Shown here one piece after another: positions 24,602 to 37,041 of a DNA stretch of 64,000 nucleotides; position 1 is the first letter of the stretch, and each line of letters opens with the position of its first letter. Both the position numbers and the translations under genes were made by a program. This stretch comes from Mobula hypostoma. Lineage: Eukaryota. The notes beneath the pieces were generated by a model that saw only the letters and a list, made by a program, of their open reading frames with translations, had not been told where the DNA came from and did not search any database. The stretch spans positions 248,684,001 through 248,748,000 of the forward strand of contig NC_086097.1 of the NCBI RefSeq assembly GCF_963921235.1, written 5' to 3'.

Positions 24602-25950
24602 CGTCACAAAAAACTGTGGGTCAATTGTTTAAGAAAAATAACCAGATGGCTTGAGTCGCAAAAATAAATTGAGGTGCTTTTATTTACCTCCCTCAGGTCC
24701 ATATAACAGTTGGACTTGTCTTCATCCACGGCTGTGCAGGCCTCCAGGGTTTTCCCGGTCAGCAGGGGAATTAGTCGACAGGACCACTCCTCCCTTGTCC
24801 ACTGCCATGTTTTTGCTATGCGTTCAAAACGTAAAGGTAATTTTCAATGTCCTCACCTTGTTGATACACTGGTATCTTGGGTTCCTTACGCATGGACTGC
24901 TGGGGATGGCTGTAGGACAGGCTGTCAGGATGCCTCCAGTGAGATCCGTAGGCCCCAGAGTTCTTCTTGGAGAATATCATCTCTCTTCTGCTGGGCAGCT
25001 AAAAAGTCCCTGAAGAGATTTACCACCTCTAGGGTTGAGGAATCCCCTTCCGGCGATGGCCCAGGCTGCAGCTGTCGGGTTTTGGATCTTGCCCCTTGTG
25101 CCTCTTCCTCTGACGTCGCTGCTGTCTCTCACTCGTCCTCATTCTTCATCTGAAGTTGCTGGTTTTGAGACCATAGTCCAGTTCGTTTTTTAAAAGCACA
25201 CTTAGTTTTGCGACTGGCCATCCCACCGCTGGCACCAAACATATATCAGTGTTCTAAAATTTGGAGATGAGATGAAAACTGGTGAGGTACATGTTATTGA
25301 AGATATTGAGAGAAGTGTTGTTTCTGAACCTTTGAATAAGGTAAATTTAAAGTCTGGATTGGTTTCAGGACCTTTGACCTTTCTGAAGGGACAGTGGTTT
25401 GGTAACAAAGTGCCTGCTAGTCTCTTACAGTTTGTTTTGGACTTTAGAAATAAACAAACTCAAGTTTGTGGTGTGGAGAGACAAAACTTGAAGTGTTGTT
25501 TTGACCAGGACGGACCATCTGTGGGTGTTACTATGGAAACCTGTGACAAAGGCCCGTCACTGACTATAGACGGCACATGGCACACTCATCCCCAGCAGTA
25601 ATAGTGACTGTGTCTGAACCAGAGCTGCTGCATGGAGCTGTCTCATATCGATGCAGCAGCAACCTGCACAGGTGAGCTGATGGTGGAGGATACCATCTTT
25701 AATTGGATAATTGAGTTAATTAGCTTTTGGTTGGTCTAGCGGGAGGGGTTTAGCAGTTATAGGCCTCGGGTTACCAAGACTTTGGGGTTAGTTTACTTTG
25801 GTGTTTAGTCTGAGGGTGGCTATATATATGTATTGTTTTTTCCCAGTTTTTGTCTTGTTTTGAGGTAAATAAAAGCACCTCACTCTATTTTTGCGACTCA
25901 AGCCATCTGGTTATTTTTCTTAAACAATTGACCCACAGTTTTTTGTGACA
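24602..25950 (-). mobile_element. Gmr1-like Gypsy derivative (LTR-like segment, tRNA-Leu PBS, gag 5' fragment) bounded by 88-bp inverted repeats; copy 1
   Basis: TIRs 24603-24690 and 25862-25949; minus-strand PBS TGGTGCCAGCGGTGGGAT at 25237-25220; gag KEPKIPVYQQGEDIENYL/LRFERIAKTWQWTREEWSCRLIPLLTGKTLEA (one frameshift). Confidence 0.8.
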
Positions 25951-26152
25951 CACCTCACCTCTGTTCTAAAGGGTCATTCCCCTTTTCTGCGGCTGTGCCC
26001 TCTGGTCTCGGAATCGCCCACCATTGGAAACATTTTCTTCAAACCCACACTATCTAGGCCTTTCAAATTTCGCTAGTTTTAAATGAAATCCCCCCTTATT
26101 CTTCTAAATCCCAACAATTACAGGCCCAGAACCATCAAACGCTCTTTTCAAA

Positions 26153-27501
26153 CGTCACAAAAAACTGTGGGTCAATTGTTTAAGAAAAATAACCAGATGG
26201 CTTGAGTCGCAAAAATAAATTGAGGTGCTTTTATTTACCTCCCTCAGGTCCATATAACAGTTGGACTTGTCTTCATCCACGGCTGTGCAGGCCTCCAGGG
26301 TTTTCCCGGTCAGCAGGGGAATTAGTCGACAGGACCACTCCTCCCTTGTCCACTGCCATGTTTTTGCTATGCGTTCAAAACGTAAAGGTAATTTTCAATG
26401 TCCTCACCTTGTTGATACACTGGTATCTTGGGTTCCTTACGCATGGACTGCTGGGGATGGCTGTAGGACAGGCTGTCAGGATGCCTCCAGTGAGATCCGT
26501 AGGCCCCAGAGTTCTTCTTGGAGAATATCATCTCTCTTCTGCTGGGCAGCTAAAAAGTCCCTGAAGAGATTTACCACCTCTAGGGTTGAGGAATCCCCTT
26601 CCGGCGATGGCCCAGGCTGCAGCTGTCGGGTTTTGGATCTTGCCCCTTGTGCCTCTTCCTCTGACGTCGCTGCTGTCTCTCACTCGTCCTCATTCTTCAT
26701 CTGAAGTTGCTGGTTTTGAGACCATAGTCCAGTTCGTTTTTTAAAAGCACACTTAGTTTTGCGACTGGCCATCCCACCGCTGGCACCAAACATATATCAG
26801 TGTTCTAAAATTTGGAGATGAGATGAAAACTGGTGAGGTACATGTTATTGAAGATATTGAGAGAAGTGTTGTTTCTGAACCTTTGAATAAGGTAAATTTA
26901 AAGTCTGGATTGGTTTCAGGACCTTTGACCTTTCTGAAGGGACAGTGGTTTGGTAACAAAGTGCCTGCTAGTCTCTTACAGTTTGTTTTGGACTTTAGAA
27001 ATAAACAAACTCAAGTTTGTGGTGTGGAGAGACAAAACTTGAAGTGTTGTTTTGACCAGGACGGACCATCTGTGGGTGTTACTATGGAAACCTGTGACAA
27101 AGGCCCGTCACTGACTATAGACGGCACATGGCACACTCATCCCCAGCAGTAATAGTGACTGTGTCTGAACCAGAGCTGCTGCATGGAGCTGTCTCATATC
27201 GATGCAGCAGCAACCTGCACAGGTGAGCTGATGGTGGAGGATACCATCTTTAATTGGATAATTGAGTTAATTAGCTTTTGGTTGGTCTAGCGGGAGGGGT
27301 TTAGCAGTTATAGGCCTCGGGTTACCAAGACTTTGGGGTTAGTTTACTTTGGTGTTTAGTCTGAGGGTGGCTATATATATGTATTGTTTTTTCCCAGTTT
27401 TTGTCTTGTTTTGAGGTAAATAAAAGCACCTCACTCTATTTTTGCGACTCAAGCCATCTGGTTATTTTTCTTAAACAATTGACCCACAGTTTTTTGTGAC
27501 A
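26153..27501 (-). mobile_element. Copy 2 of the same element (period 1551 bp)
   Basis: Identical ORF translations offset by 1551 nt (e.g. 24651 and 26202). Confidence 0.85.
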
Positions 27502-27775
27502 CACCTCACCTCTGTTCTAAAGGGTCATTCCCCTTTTCTGCGGCTGTGCCCTCTGGTCTCGGAATCGCCCACCATTGGAAACATTTTCTTCAAACCCACA
27601 CTATCTAGGCCTTTCAAATTTCGCTAGTTTTAAATGAAATCCCCTCTTATTCTTCTAAATCCCAGCAATTACAGGCCCAGAACCATCAAACGTTCTTTTC
27701 ATTCCTGGGATCCTTCTTGAGACCCTTGTCTGGCACCTTTCCAATGTTAGCACTTCCTTTCTTAGATGTGGTCTG

Positions 27776-28950
27776 AACATAGAAACATAGAAACATAGAA
27801 AATAGGTGCAGGAGTAGGCCATTCGGCCCTTCGAGCCTGCACCGCCATTTATTATGATCATGGCTAATCATCCAACTCAGAACCCTGTACCAGCCTTCCC
27901 TCCATACCCCCTGACCCCCGTAGCCACAAGGGCCATATCTAACTCCCTCTTAAATATAGCTAATGAACTGGCCTCAACTGTTTCCTGTGGCAGAGAATTC
28001 CACAGATTCACCACTCTCTGTGTGAAGAAGTTTTTCCTAATCTCGGTCCTAAAAGGCTTCCCCTCTATCCTCAAACTGTGGCCCCTCGGTCTGGACTTCC
28101 CCAACATCGGGAACAACCTTCCTGCATCTAGCCTGTCCAATCCCTTTAGGATCTTATACGTTTCAATCAGATCCCCCCTCAATCTTCTAAATTCCAACGA
28201 GTACAAGCCCAGTTCATCCAGTCTTTCTTCATATGAAAGTCCTGCCATCCCAGGAATCAATCTGGTGAACCTTCTTTGTACTCCCTCTATGGCAAGGATG
28301 TCTTTCCTCAGATTAGGGGACCAAAACTGCACACAATACTCCAGGTGTGGTCTCACCAAGGCCTTGTACAACTGCAGTAGTACGTCCCTGCTCCTATACT
28401 CAAATCCTCTCACTATAAATGCCAGCATATCATTTGCCTTTTTCACCGCCTGCTGTACCTGCATGCCCACTTTCAATGACTGGTATATAATGACACCCAG
28501 GTCTCGTTGCACCTCCCCTTTTCCTAATCGGCCACCATTCAGATAATAATCTGTTTTCCTATTTTTGCCACCAAAGTGGATAACTTCACATTTATCCACA
28601 TTAAATTGCATCTGCCATGAATTTGCCCACTCACCCAACCTATCCAAGTCACCCTGCATCCTCTTAGCATCCTCCTCACTGCTAACACTGCCACCCAGCT
28701 TCGTGTCATCCGCAAACTTGGAGATGCTGCATTTAATTCCCTCATCCAAGTCATTAATATATATTGTAAACAACTGGGGTCCCAGCACTGAGCCTTGCGG
28801 TACCCCACTAGTCACTGCCTGCCATTCTGAAAAGGTCCCGTTTATTCCCACTCTTTGCTTCCTGTCTGCTAACCAATTCTCCACCCACACCAATACCTTA
28901 CCCCCAATACCGTGTGCTTTAAGTTTGCACACTAATCTCCTGTGTGGGAC
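27776..28950 (-). mobile_element. Young 5'-truncated CR1 LINE with open RT frame
   Basis: Open frame VPHRRLVCK..QGSVLGP..FADD..GYGGKAGTGF; (CTATGTTT)n tail. Confidence 0.95.
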
Positions 28951-30259
28951 ATAGAAACATAGAAACATAGAAAATAGGTGCAGGAGTAGGCCATTCGGCC
29001 CTTCGAGCCTGCACCGCCATTTATTATGATCATGGCTGATCATCCAACTCAGAACCCAGCCTTCCCTCCATACCCCGTGACCCCTGTAGCCACAAGGGCC
29101 ATATCTAACTTCCTTTTAAACATAGCTAATGAACTGGCCTCAACAGTTTGCTGTGGCAGAGAATTCCACAGATTCACCACTCTCTGTGTGAAGAAGTTTT
29201 TCCTAACCTCGGTCCTAAAAGGCTTCCCCTCTATCCTCAAACTGTGACCCCTCGTTCTAGACCTCCCCAACATCGGGAACAATCTTCCCGCATCTAGCCT
29301 GTCCAATCCCTTTAGGATCTTATACGTTTCAATCAGATCCCCCCTCAATCTTCTAAATTCCAACGAGTACAAGCCCAGTTCATCCAGTCTTTCTTCATAT
29401 GAAAGACCTGCCATCCCAGGAATCAATCTGGTGAACCTTCTTTGTACTCCCTCTATGGCAAGGATGTCTTTCCTCAGATTAGGGGACCAAAACTGCACAC
29501 AATACTCCAGGTGTGGTCTCACCAAGGCCTTGTACAACTGCAGTAGTACCTCCCTGCTCCTGTACTCGAATCCTCTCGCTATAAATGCCAGCATACCGTT
29601 CGCCTTTTTCACCGCCTGCTGTACCTGCATGCCCACTTTCAATGACTGGTGTATAATGACACCCAGGTCTCGTTGCACCTCCCCTTTTCCTAATCGGCCA
29701 CCATTCAGATAATAATCTGTTTTCCTATTTTTGCCACCAAAGTGGATAACTTCACATTTATCCACATTAAATTGCATCTGCCATGAGTTTGCCCACTCAC
29801 CCAACCTATCCAAGTCACCCTGCATCCTCTTAGCATCCTCCTCACTGCTAACACTGCCACCCAGCTTCGTGTCATCCGCAAACTTGGAGATGCTGCATTT
29901 AATTCCCTCATCCAAGTCATTAATATATATTGTAAACAACTGGGGTCCCAGCACTGAGCCTTGCGGTACCCCACTAGTCACCGCCTGCCATTCTGAAAAG
30001 GTCCCGTTTATTCCCACTCTTTGCTTCCTGTCTGCTAACCAATTCTCCACCCACACCAATACCTTACCCCCAATACCATGTGCTTTAAGTTTGCACACTA
30101 ATCTCCTGTGTGGGACCTTGTCAAAAGCCTTTTGAAAATCCAAATATACCACATCCACTGGTTCTCCCCTATCCACTCTACTAGTTACATCCTCAAAAAA
30201 TTCTATGAGATTCGTCAGACATGATTTTCCTTTCACAAATCCATGCTGACTTTGTCTGA
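28949..30259 (-). mobile_element. Young 5'-truncated CR1 LINE directly abutting the previous copy
   Basis: ORF 29049-30284 open for ~400 aa: [26 protein letters not shown]. Confidence 0.95.
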
Positions 30260-30874
30260 TCAATGCTGTATAAACTGCAGCCAAGTAACAGAGAAATTTT
30301 TTTTGGCGACGGATAAAAGCCTCAACATTTTGTAAATAATATACAGAATCACAGGCTGTTTATAGCATGGGGGGGCATGCCACCCCTCCCATCATGTTCC
30401 CAGCACTTTGCGAGAGACCACTAGACATACTGCAGCCATGCTCCTGAGCAGTCATCGGACAAGTGGTGCTGGGCCCCAGGAAACGGCCATAATTTCCCTG
30501 CAGTGGCTCGATGTGGGCAAATAACCTCCCCGTAGATACAGCATAGGTGGTGGAATGGAGGTGCGTCTTTACCAGAGGAGGTGTAAGGTGCTCCTTCCCT
30601 CTGCTAGCCTGCAGGTCACCCCTGGGCAAGGGGTATCACCTGCTTAACCACCCACCCCGCCGATCAGGGTCACGTGAAGCCATGAGAGCAGGTGGTGGAT
30701 GGTCGTATGAGCAGCCAGTGCATATCACAAGTCCTGGTTATGCGACCACTGACGCCAGGCAGACAACCTCTGAAGAGTATTGATAATGGTTGGGGTCACC
30801 CATCTTGTAAAGACTCTGCCCAGGAGAAGGCAATGGCAAACCACTTCCGTAGAAAAATTTGCCAAGAACGATCA

Positions 30875-31103
30875 TGAAGCACCTCCAATTACTCCAAAAG
30901 ACTGAGGTTTGGTAAAATACTGAAAGGCTTTTATTCGCTGTACAATACGACCTCCACAGTGAGCGTCTGCCCCCGGACTGAGGGGGAGGGGCAAGGCGAA
31001 CACCTTTATACAGGACTCTGTGGGAGGAGCCACAGGGGCAGTCAGCAGAGCCGTGTGTCCAGACAGGTAACCCAGTTACAACATATATACATGGTTTACC
31101 ACA
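30875..31103 (-). mobile_element. Solo LTR (229 bp)
   Basis: TG..CA termini; TATAAA and AATAAA on minus strand; 5-bp TSD GATCA at 30870-30874 and 31104-31108. Confidence 0.85.
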
Positions 31104-31344
31104 GATCATAGTCATGGAAAGACCATGATCGCCCACGTTATACAACACGGCACATAACGAACAATCGAACGATAGGTACTGTGGACCAGTTGAACAGTCA
31201 GTTTTCTCCACTCCGTTGCATACCCGTGTCACAAGATTCCAGTATCCTGGAGTTTAAACTCTAACTTTATTTTTATATAATTCTTATTCCTTATAATTGT
31301 TGAATGTTGTTTTTGTTGCATGTTGCGCCCTGACAAACACATTA

Positions 31345-32315
31345 TTCAAGTTCATTCAAAAAATTTGAGATTTGCTTGCTCACAGATAGCCACAAAGCAA
31401 GAAACCTGAAAGAACCCAATTAAAGGAAAATGAAATAATAAGAAAAGACTAACTCATGATATGCAAGAGAAAAAAAAACAGAACATGTAAACATTTGAAG
31501 CAAACGACAGCACTCTGAGCCAAATTTGAGTGCTCACATCTAAACCCTGGAGCAGCCTGGAGTAGGCCCAAAATCTCGCTATCAGTTCATCATATTAGTG
31601 AAAATGGAGCATGGCAGCTGGGGCAGTCTTCATAGCCTCAGCGCCACGGAGAGAGGAGTGACCATTGTGGAGAGCGAGCAAAATCGGCTGTCGCCTCGGA
31701 TCCCAACACTCTGTCTTTCCAGACTTTCTGCCCTGGCATTTAAATTGACCAAAAAATGGAACAGCAAAAGGCCCTGTCGCCCTGAGGAGAGGAGTGAATA
31801 TCGCGGAGAGTGAGCAAAAACAGTTGTCATCTCTCATCTGGGCCGGCGTTTAAGTTATCTGAAAGGCAAACCGTAGCTCGCACAAGGACCCAGCTCCAGT
31901 GAAAGGCTCCAGGCCTAGACCACACTGCCCAGTGACTTGCTCCGAGCCCAGATTTCGTTGCCCAGTCCAAAGGAGCTCTCAAGCTGTTGAAATTAGCTCA
32001 GTGCCCAGAGCGATTCAACCTCACAAATGGGCCACTTGTACAGGTACCAAATCTCTTCTGCCTGGGCCCCGGCTTCTCCTCTCAGTACCAAGAGCGATCC
32101 AACCGTGCTGACGGGCCAGTGCTACTGGCACCGGAACTCCATCGGCAACACAGAATCTTGGCTCATCCCCTGAACTGACCTCGCCCCCAGCCAATAACTT
32201 AACACAAATTACCTCAGAAAAGCTATTTTTAATGATGTTTTTAGTTGGATTTCTTAGATTTTTTTAACTACCAGAGAGCTGTCGCATGCAGTCGGTAGCA
32301 CCATCTTAACTGGGA
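31345..32315 (-). repeat. Unclassified LINE-derived non-autonomous repeat; short copy ~41478-41590
   Basis: TTGAGATTTGCTTGCTCACAG..AGCCACAAAGCAAGAAACC recurs at ~41532; CCCAGTTAAGATGG start on minus. Confidence 0.45.
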
Positions 32316-33904
32316 AATTGCTAGTACCTGTAAATATATATGGGAAATAAAATTGATCTTTGATCCTTGATCATATCGTTGGTCCCTGGCCTTCACCTCT
32401 TATTCAGCTCCCCTTTAGCCAGGAAAGAATACCACAGCTGACTTGCAAACATCTTTAAACAGTCCCAACCCAGCAGGATCGGTCAGGATGTTAGGATTCT
32501 GAGAGGGACAGAGTGTCCGCACAACCCAGATCTCACACTGGAAGACCTAACGAAAATGATGGGTGAGGTGGGCATGCGGAGGGTGTTTCAAATAGTGGGA
32601 GGGCCTAGCACCAGAGGGCACAGACTCAGAATACAAGATGCCCCTTTAGAACAGAGACTAGAAGGAATTTCTTTAGCCAGAGGATGGTGGATTTGTGGAA
32701 TTCTTTGCCACAGATGGCTGCGGAGGCCAAATCATTAGGTATATTTAAAGTGGAGTTCGATGGGTTCTTGATCAATCAAGGTGTCAAAGGGGAGAAGGCA
32801 GGAGAATGGGGTTGAGAGGGAAAATAAATCAGCCATGATGAAATTGCGGAGTAGGCTCGAAGACCTGATTCTGTTCCTGTGTCTTATGCACATTTCACAG
32901 CAACACGATCAATTCCCTGCACACACGTGTAACAGAGAGGGGGAAATCAGAAGAATAGTTCCAGATCCATATGAAAGGGGTGGCCCAGTAGTGTAATGGC
33001 TATTAGTGACAGTGAGAAGGGTTCAATTCCCAGCTGTGTCTGCAAGGAGCCTGTACATACTCCCCATGATCGTAAGGGTTTTCCCCAGCTGGCCTGGTTT
33101 CCTCTCACATTCCAAAGATAAGCAGGTTAGCTGGTTAATTGATCACATGGATGCGGTCTAGGCGATAGGGGCTTGTTGTGCTGGAAAGGCCAAATACCAT
33201 GATGTATCACTGAAACAAAACCTGAACCATAATCTCAGTCATCTGCTCCACACATAAAGGTGTGTTCCTTCTCCTCCAAACACCCCCACATCCACCTGAC
33301 CCCTTCTTCTCCCCGAGGCTTCACAGATTAATAAGTTGTGAGGCCTCAGGCAAAATCCACCTTGCCCACGTGTTCAAACGTAGCGTACGGAGCAAAAGGC
33401 TGAGCCGCATATACATCTAGCTAGGGCACAGGGCTGTATTTGTCAGCATGCAGTGGGGAGCGGGTTTGTAAATCTGGCGGGAGCAAACGATGTTGGGAGT
33501 GGTGAGGGTGGAGTGCTGTGGGAGGGGTGTGGGACAGGTGGCAGGGAAGGAGTGCTGGCACTTAGAAGAGTAAGCACAGGTGCAGACACCAGGCAAGATC
33601 ATTTGATTGCAAATAATTGGCTTATTGATCATTGTTGAAAGGCCTGGATAGAGAGGATGTTTCCTGTGATGGGAGAGTCTAAGACCAGAAGACACAGACG
33701 CAAAATAGAGGGGCGTCCTTTTAGAACGGAGATGAGGAGGAATTTCTTCAGCCAGAGAGTGGTGAATCTGTGGAATTCGTTGCCACAGGCAGCTGTCAAG
33801 GCCAAGCCATTGGGTATATATAAGGCAGACATTAATAGGATCTTGATTAGTCAGGGTATGAAGGGTTCATCTGTAGATTTTATCCTTACCTTCATAACTT
33901 CTCC

Positions 33905-34320
33905 GTGGATTGTCACCTTGTCGCGGTGGAGAAGCTTGTGTGGTCCTGAGATCCCCAGAGCAATGCCATCTGGAGCTATGCTCCTGGTAGGGTCACCCAT
34001 GGCGGTAAGGTCAAGGGCGAGGTACCTGACAAAGAACAATCCAACCAAGACCTCAATGGTGGAACAGGCGGACGAAGTTACTTCGAACTCAACGGCTGTG
34101 AAGATGGATGAAGGCTGCAACAAATCCATCAGCTCCAATCGTCGTGGTTTCCATGCCATTGGAATCAGTTGATTGATTTGTGAAGTATCGTGTGCTTCTT
34201 GGAGTGCAACATCAAGTACACGTTAAACCAACACATGCACAGGTGTCTTCATTCTGTGGGCCACTTCCTCAGAACGAAGAGCATCATCCTCGACCTCGAG
34301 GGATAGCAACAACGATCTTC
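33905..34320 (+). repeat. RTE (Expander/Rex3-like) 5' UTR-derived element in a CR1 3' end; related piece at ~11145-11290 (minus)
   Basis: GTCACCTTGTCGCGGTGGAG..CTCCTGGTAGGGTCACCCATGGC pattern; short ACA tail. Confidence 0.5.
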
Positions 34321-35756
34321 ATAAGTTATTGTGTGTTATGTGCTTTACGTGTACTACTGTGTTCTACTCCCTGGTTCGGAGAAAACATTGACTTCTTACT
34401 ATATACATTATATGATTATATGCATCATGTATATAGTTAAATGACAATAAACTTCACTTGACTTGACAACAAAGAGAAGGCAGGAGATTGGGGCTGAGAG
34501 GAAAATTGGATCAGCCATGATGAAATGTTAGAGCATACCTCATGGGCCCAGTGTTCTAATTCTGCTCCTGTATCTTATGGTTCTATGGTTTTATCATTAT
34601 AGAATGTTTCTCTGGTGCTTCCCGCTCCCTCCCCTCTCCCTTCCCCCTTTTCCCAACCATGATTCCCCTCTTCCTGTCCACTTCCCACTCTCAGTCCACA
34701 ATTGAGACCCATATCAGAATCAGGTTTATCAGCACTCACATGTATCATAACATTTGTTCTGTAGCTGCAGTACAGTGCAATACATAAAATTACTGTGCAA
34801 AAATCTTAGGCACCTTAGCTATATACATGTAGCTAATATCTATAGGCCTAAGATTTTTACACAGTACTACATACCCCAATCAGAATTAGAATCAGGTTTA
34901 AAATCACTGTCTAACGCAACATGAAATTTGCTGACATGTAATGTGCATAAATTACAAGATAAATAGTACAAATGAAAGGAATGAGGAGGTTCATACTTCC
35001 ATTGTCCTTTCCGAAATCTGATGGTGGAGGGGAAGAATCTGCTCCTGAATCTTTGATTGTGGGTCTTCAGGATAAAACAACAGTGCAAACTCTGTGAGCA
35101 ATCAACAATTAGCAGAACGGTCACATGTACAAATGTCAACAATCAAACTTTATGAGCAGACTTAATCATTATCAACAGAACAAGGAGAGCAGGAAAGCCC
35201 ATTTAACGGAGGTTGTGCGTGGACAGTGAGGGTATTTTAGTGAGTGAGTTTCTAGTTAGTTCCCTCTTAACCCTGCTGTTAAAGTTTTTATGTTTGTTGA
35301 GAGATTTGTTTGTACCCAATGACAAAGCTGTTACCCGCAAGTACCACAGAGGACTGGCTTCAAGTGATGACAGATTTCTATCCAACAGAACCACGTGTGG
35401 CACTGGGTTGACCCTGGGGTCAGGCGGTCAGAGCCCTGCCCCCTATCAGTAACCAGCACAGTATTTTGTTGACCTATGCAAATGAAATTGGTCACAACCT
35501 AATGGAAAGATTGCGAGAAAGCTGAAAGTAGAGAGAAAACATGGGGTGGGGGGCGGTTCTCCTCCTTCCCTTTCTCCCCGATCCACAGTCACTGTTTCTT
35601 GACTGTTCACCCACTGAAAGGTCAATCTATATGCTCATCTCAAAGTGAAGTAATTCATTTTATCTAAGTACGTATACATGAGCAAAAACTGACAAGCAAC
35701 AAATATTCAAAAGAAGACAACTAGTGGAATTAAAAAGTAAACGATACTAAGATGGG

Positions 35757-36367
35757 AACACGAGGAATTCTGCAGATGCTGGAAATTCAAGCAACCTGAT
35801 GGCATGAGCATTGACTTCTCAAACCACGTCCCATTCCCAATCTGATATGTCTATCCATGGTCTCCTCTACTGTAAAGATGAAGCCACACTCAGGTTGGAG
35901 GAACAACACGTTATATTCCGTCTGGGTAGCCTCCTACCTGATGGCATGAACATTGACTTCTCTAACTTCCGCTAAGGCCCCACCTCTCTCTCGTACCCCA
36001 TCCGTTATTTATTTATATACACACATTCTTTTTCTCTCTCTCCTTTTTCTCCCTCTGTCCCTCTCACTATACCCCTTGCCCATCCTCTTGGTCCCCCCCC
36101 CTTTCCTTCTCCCTGGGCCTCCTGTCCCATGATCCTCTCATATCCCTTTTGCCAATCACCTGTCCAGCTCTTGGCTCCATCCCTCCCCCTCCTGTCTTCT
36201 CCTATCATTTTGGATCTCCCCCTCCCCCTCCCACTTTCAAATCTCTTACTAGCTCTTCTTTCAGTTAGTCCTGACGAAGGGTCTCGGCCCGAATCGTCGA
36301 CTGTACCTCTTCCTAGAGATACTGCCTGGCCTGCTGCGTTCACCAGAAACTTTGATGTGTGTTGCTT
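35757..36367 (+). mobile_element. Truncated PLE with short inverted pseudo-LTR; hammerhead variant (GAAT for GAAA) at 36267-36303
   Basis: Same family as 4659-5660; TSD GATACTAAGATGGG / GATACTAAAATGGG at 35743-35756 and 36368-36381. Confidence 0.88.
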
Positions 36368-37041
36368 GATACTAAAATGGGTGTCGGGGTGGAGGTATGT
36401 CAACCAGCCATTAAGCTCAGGCTCATTGGGAGCATTTAATAGGTAGTGGAAGCTTATCCCCACTACAACCCCTTTCCCCGGCTATAAAAACCCCCAATCC
36501 TCCAGCTCTCTTTTGCTTTTATGCTGCCTTTTACAGCCACAATTGCCTCATCCTTTCCTTAGAGTACTTCTTCCCTTTTAGTATAAATCTATCCTGTACC
36601 TTCCAAATTGCCCCACAAACTCCAGCAATTTCTGTTGTGCTGTCATCCCTGCCAGTGTCCCCTTCCAGTCTATTCTAATTCTCTGTGAAACAATCCCTTC
36701 CCTGACACCTTTACATATGAATATGTTCTTCATATTCAATTGTTCATTCGTTTGCTATGTGCCATGTTGTATGATGTGGGTTATCATGGTCTTTCCATGA
36801 CCATGATTGTTCTTGGCAAATTTTTCTACAGAAGTGGTTTGTCATTGCCTTCTTCAGGGCAGTGTCTTTACAGGACAAGTGATCCCAGCCATTATCAACA
36901 CTCTTCAGAGATTGTCTGCTGGTGTCAGTGGTCGCATAACCAGGACTTGAGATATGCACCAGCTGCTCATACGACCATCCACCACCTGTTCCCATGGCTT
37001 CAATTGACCCTGATCAGGGGGCTTAGCAGGTGCTATACCTT

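Noticed and set aside
25220..25237. tRNA-Leu gene fragment
   Set aside because: Only the 3' 18 nt including CCA are present; better explained as a primer-binding site.
24651..25601. Plus-strand ORFs (120, 147, 109 aa) as genes; parvovirus-like ITR genome
   Set aside because: The recognisable protein signal is the minus-strand gag fragment; no Rep/NS1 or capsid motifs are seen.
30570..30660. Twister or HDV-like ribozyme
   Set aside because: Only a GCAGAGGG-like fragment; the required conserved core and pseudoknot pairings could not be assembled.
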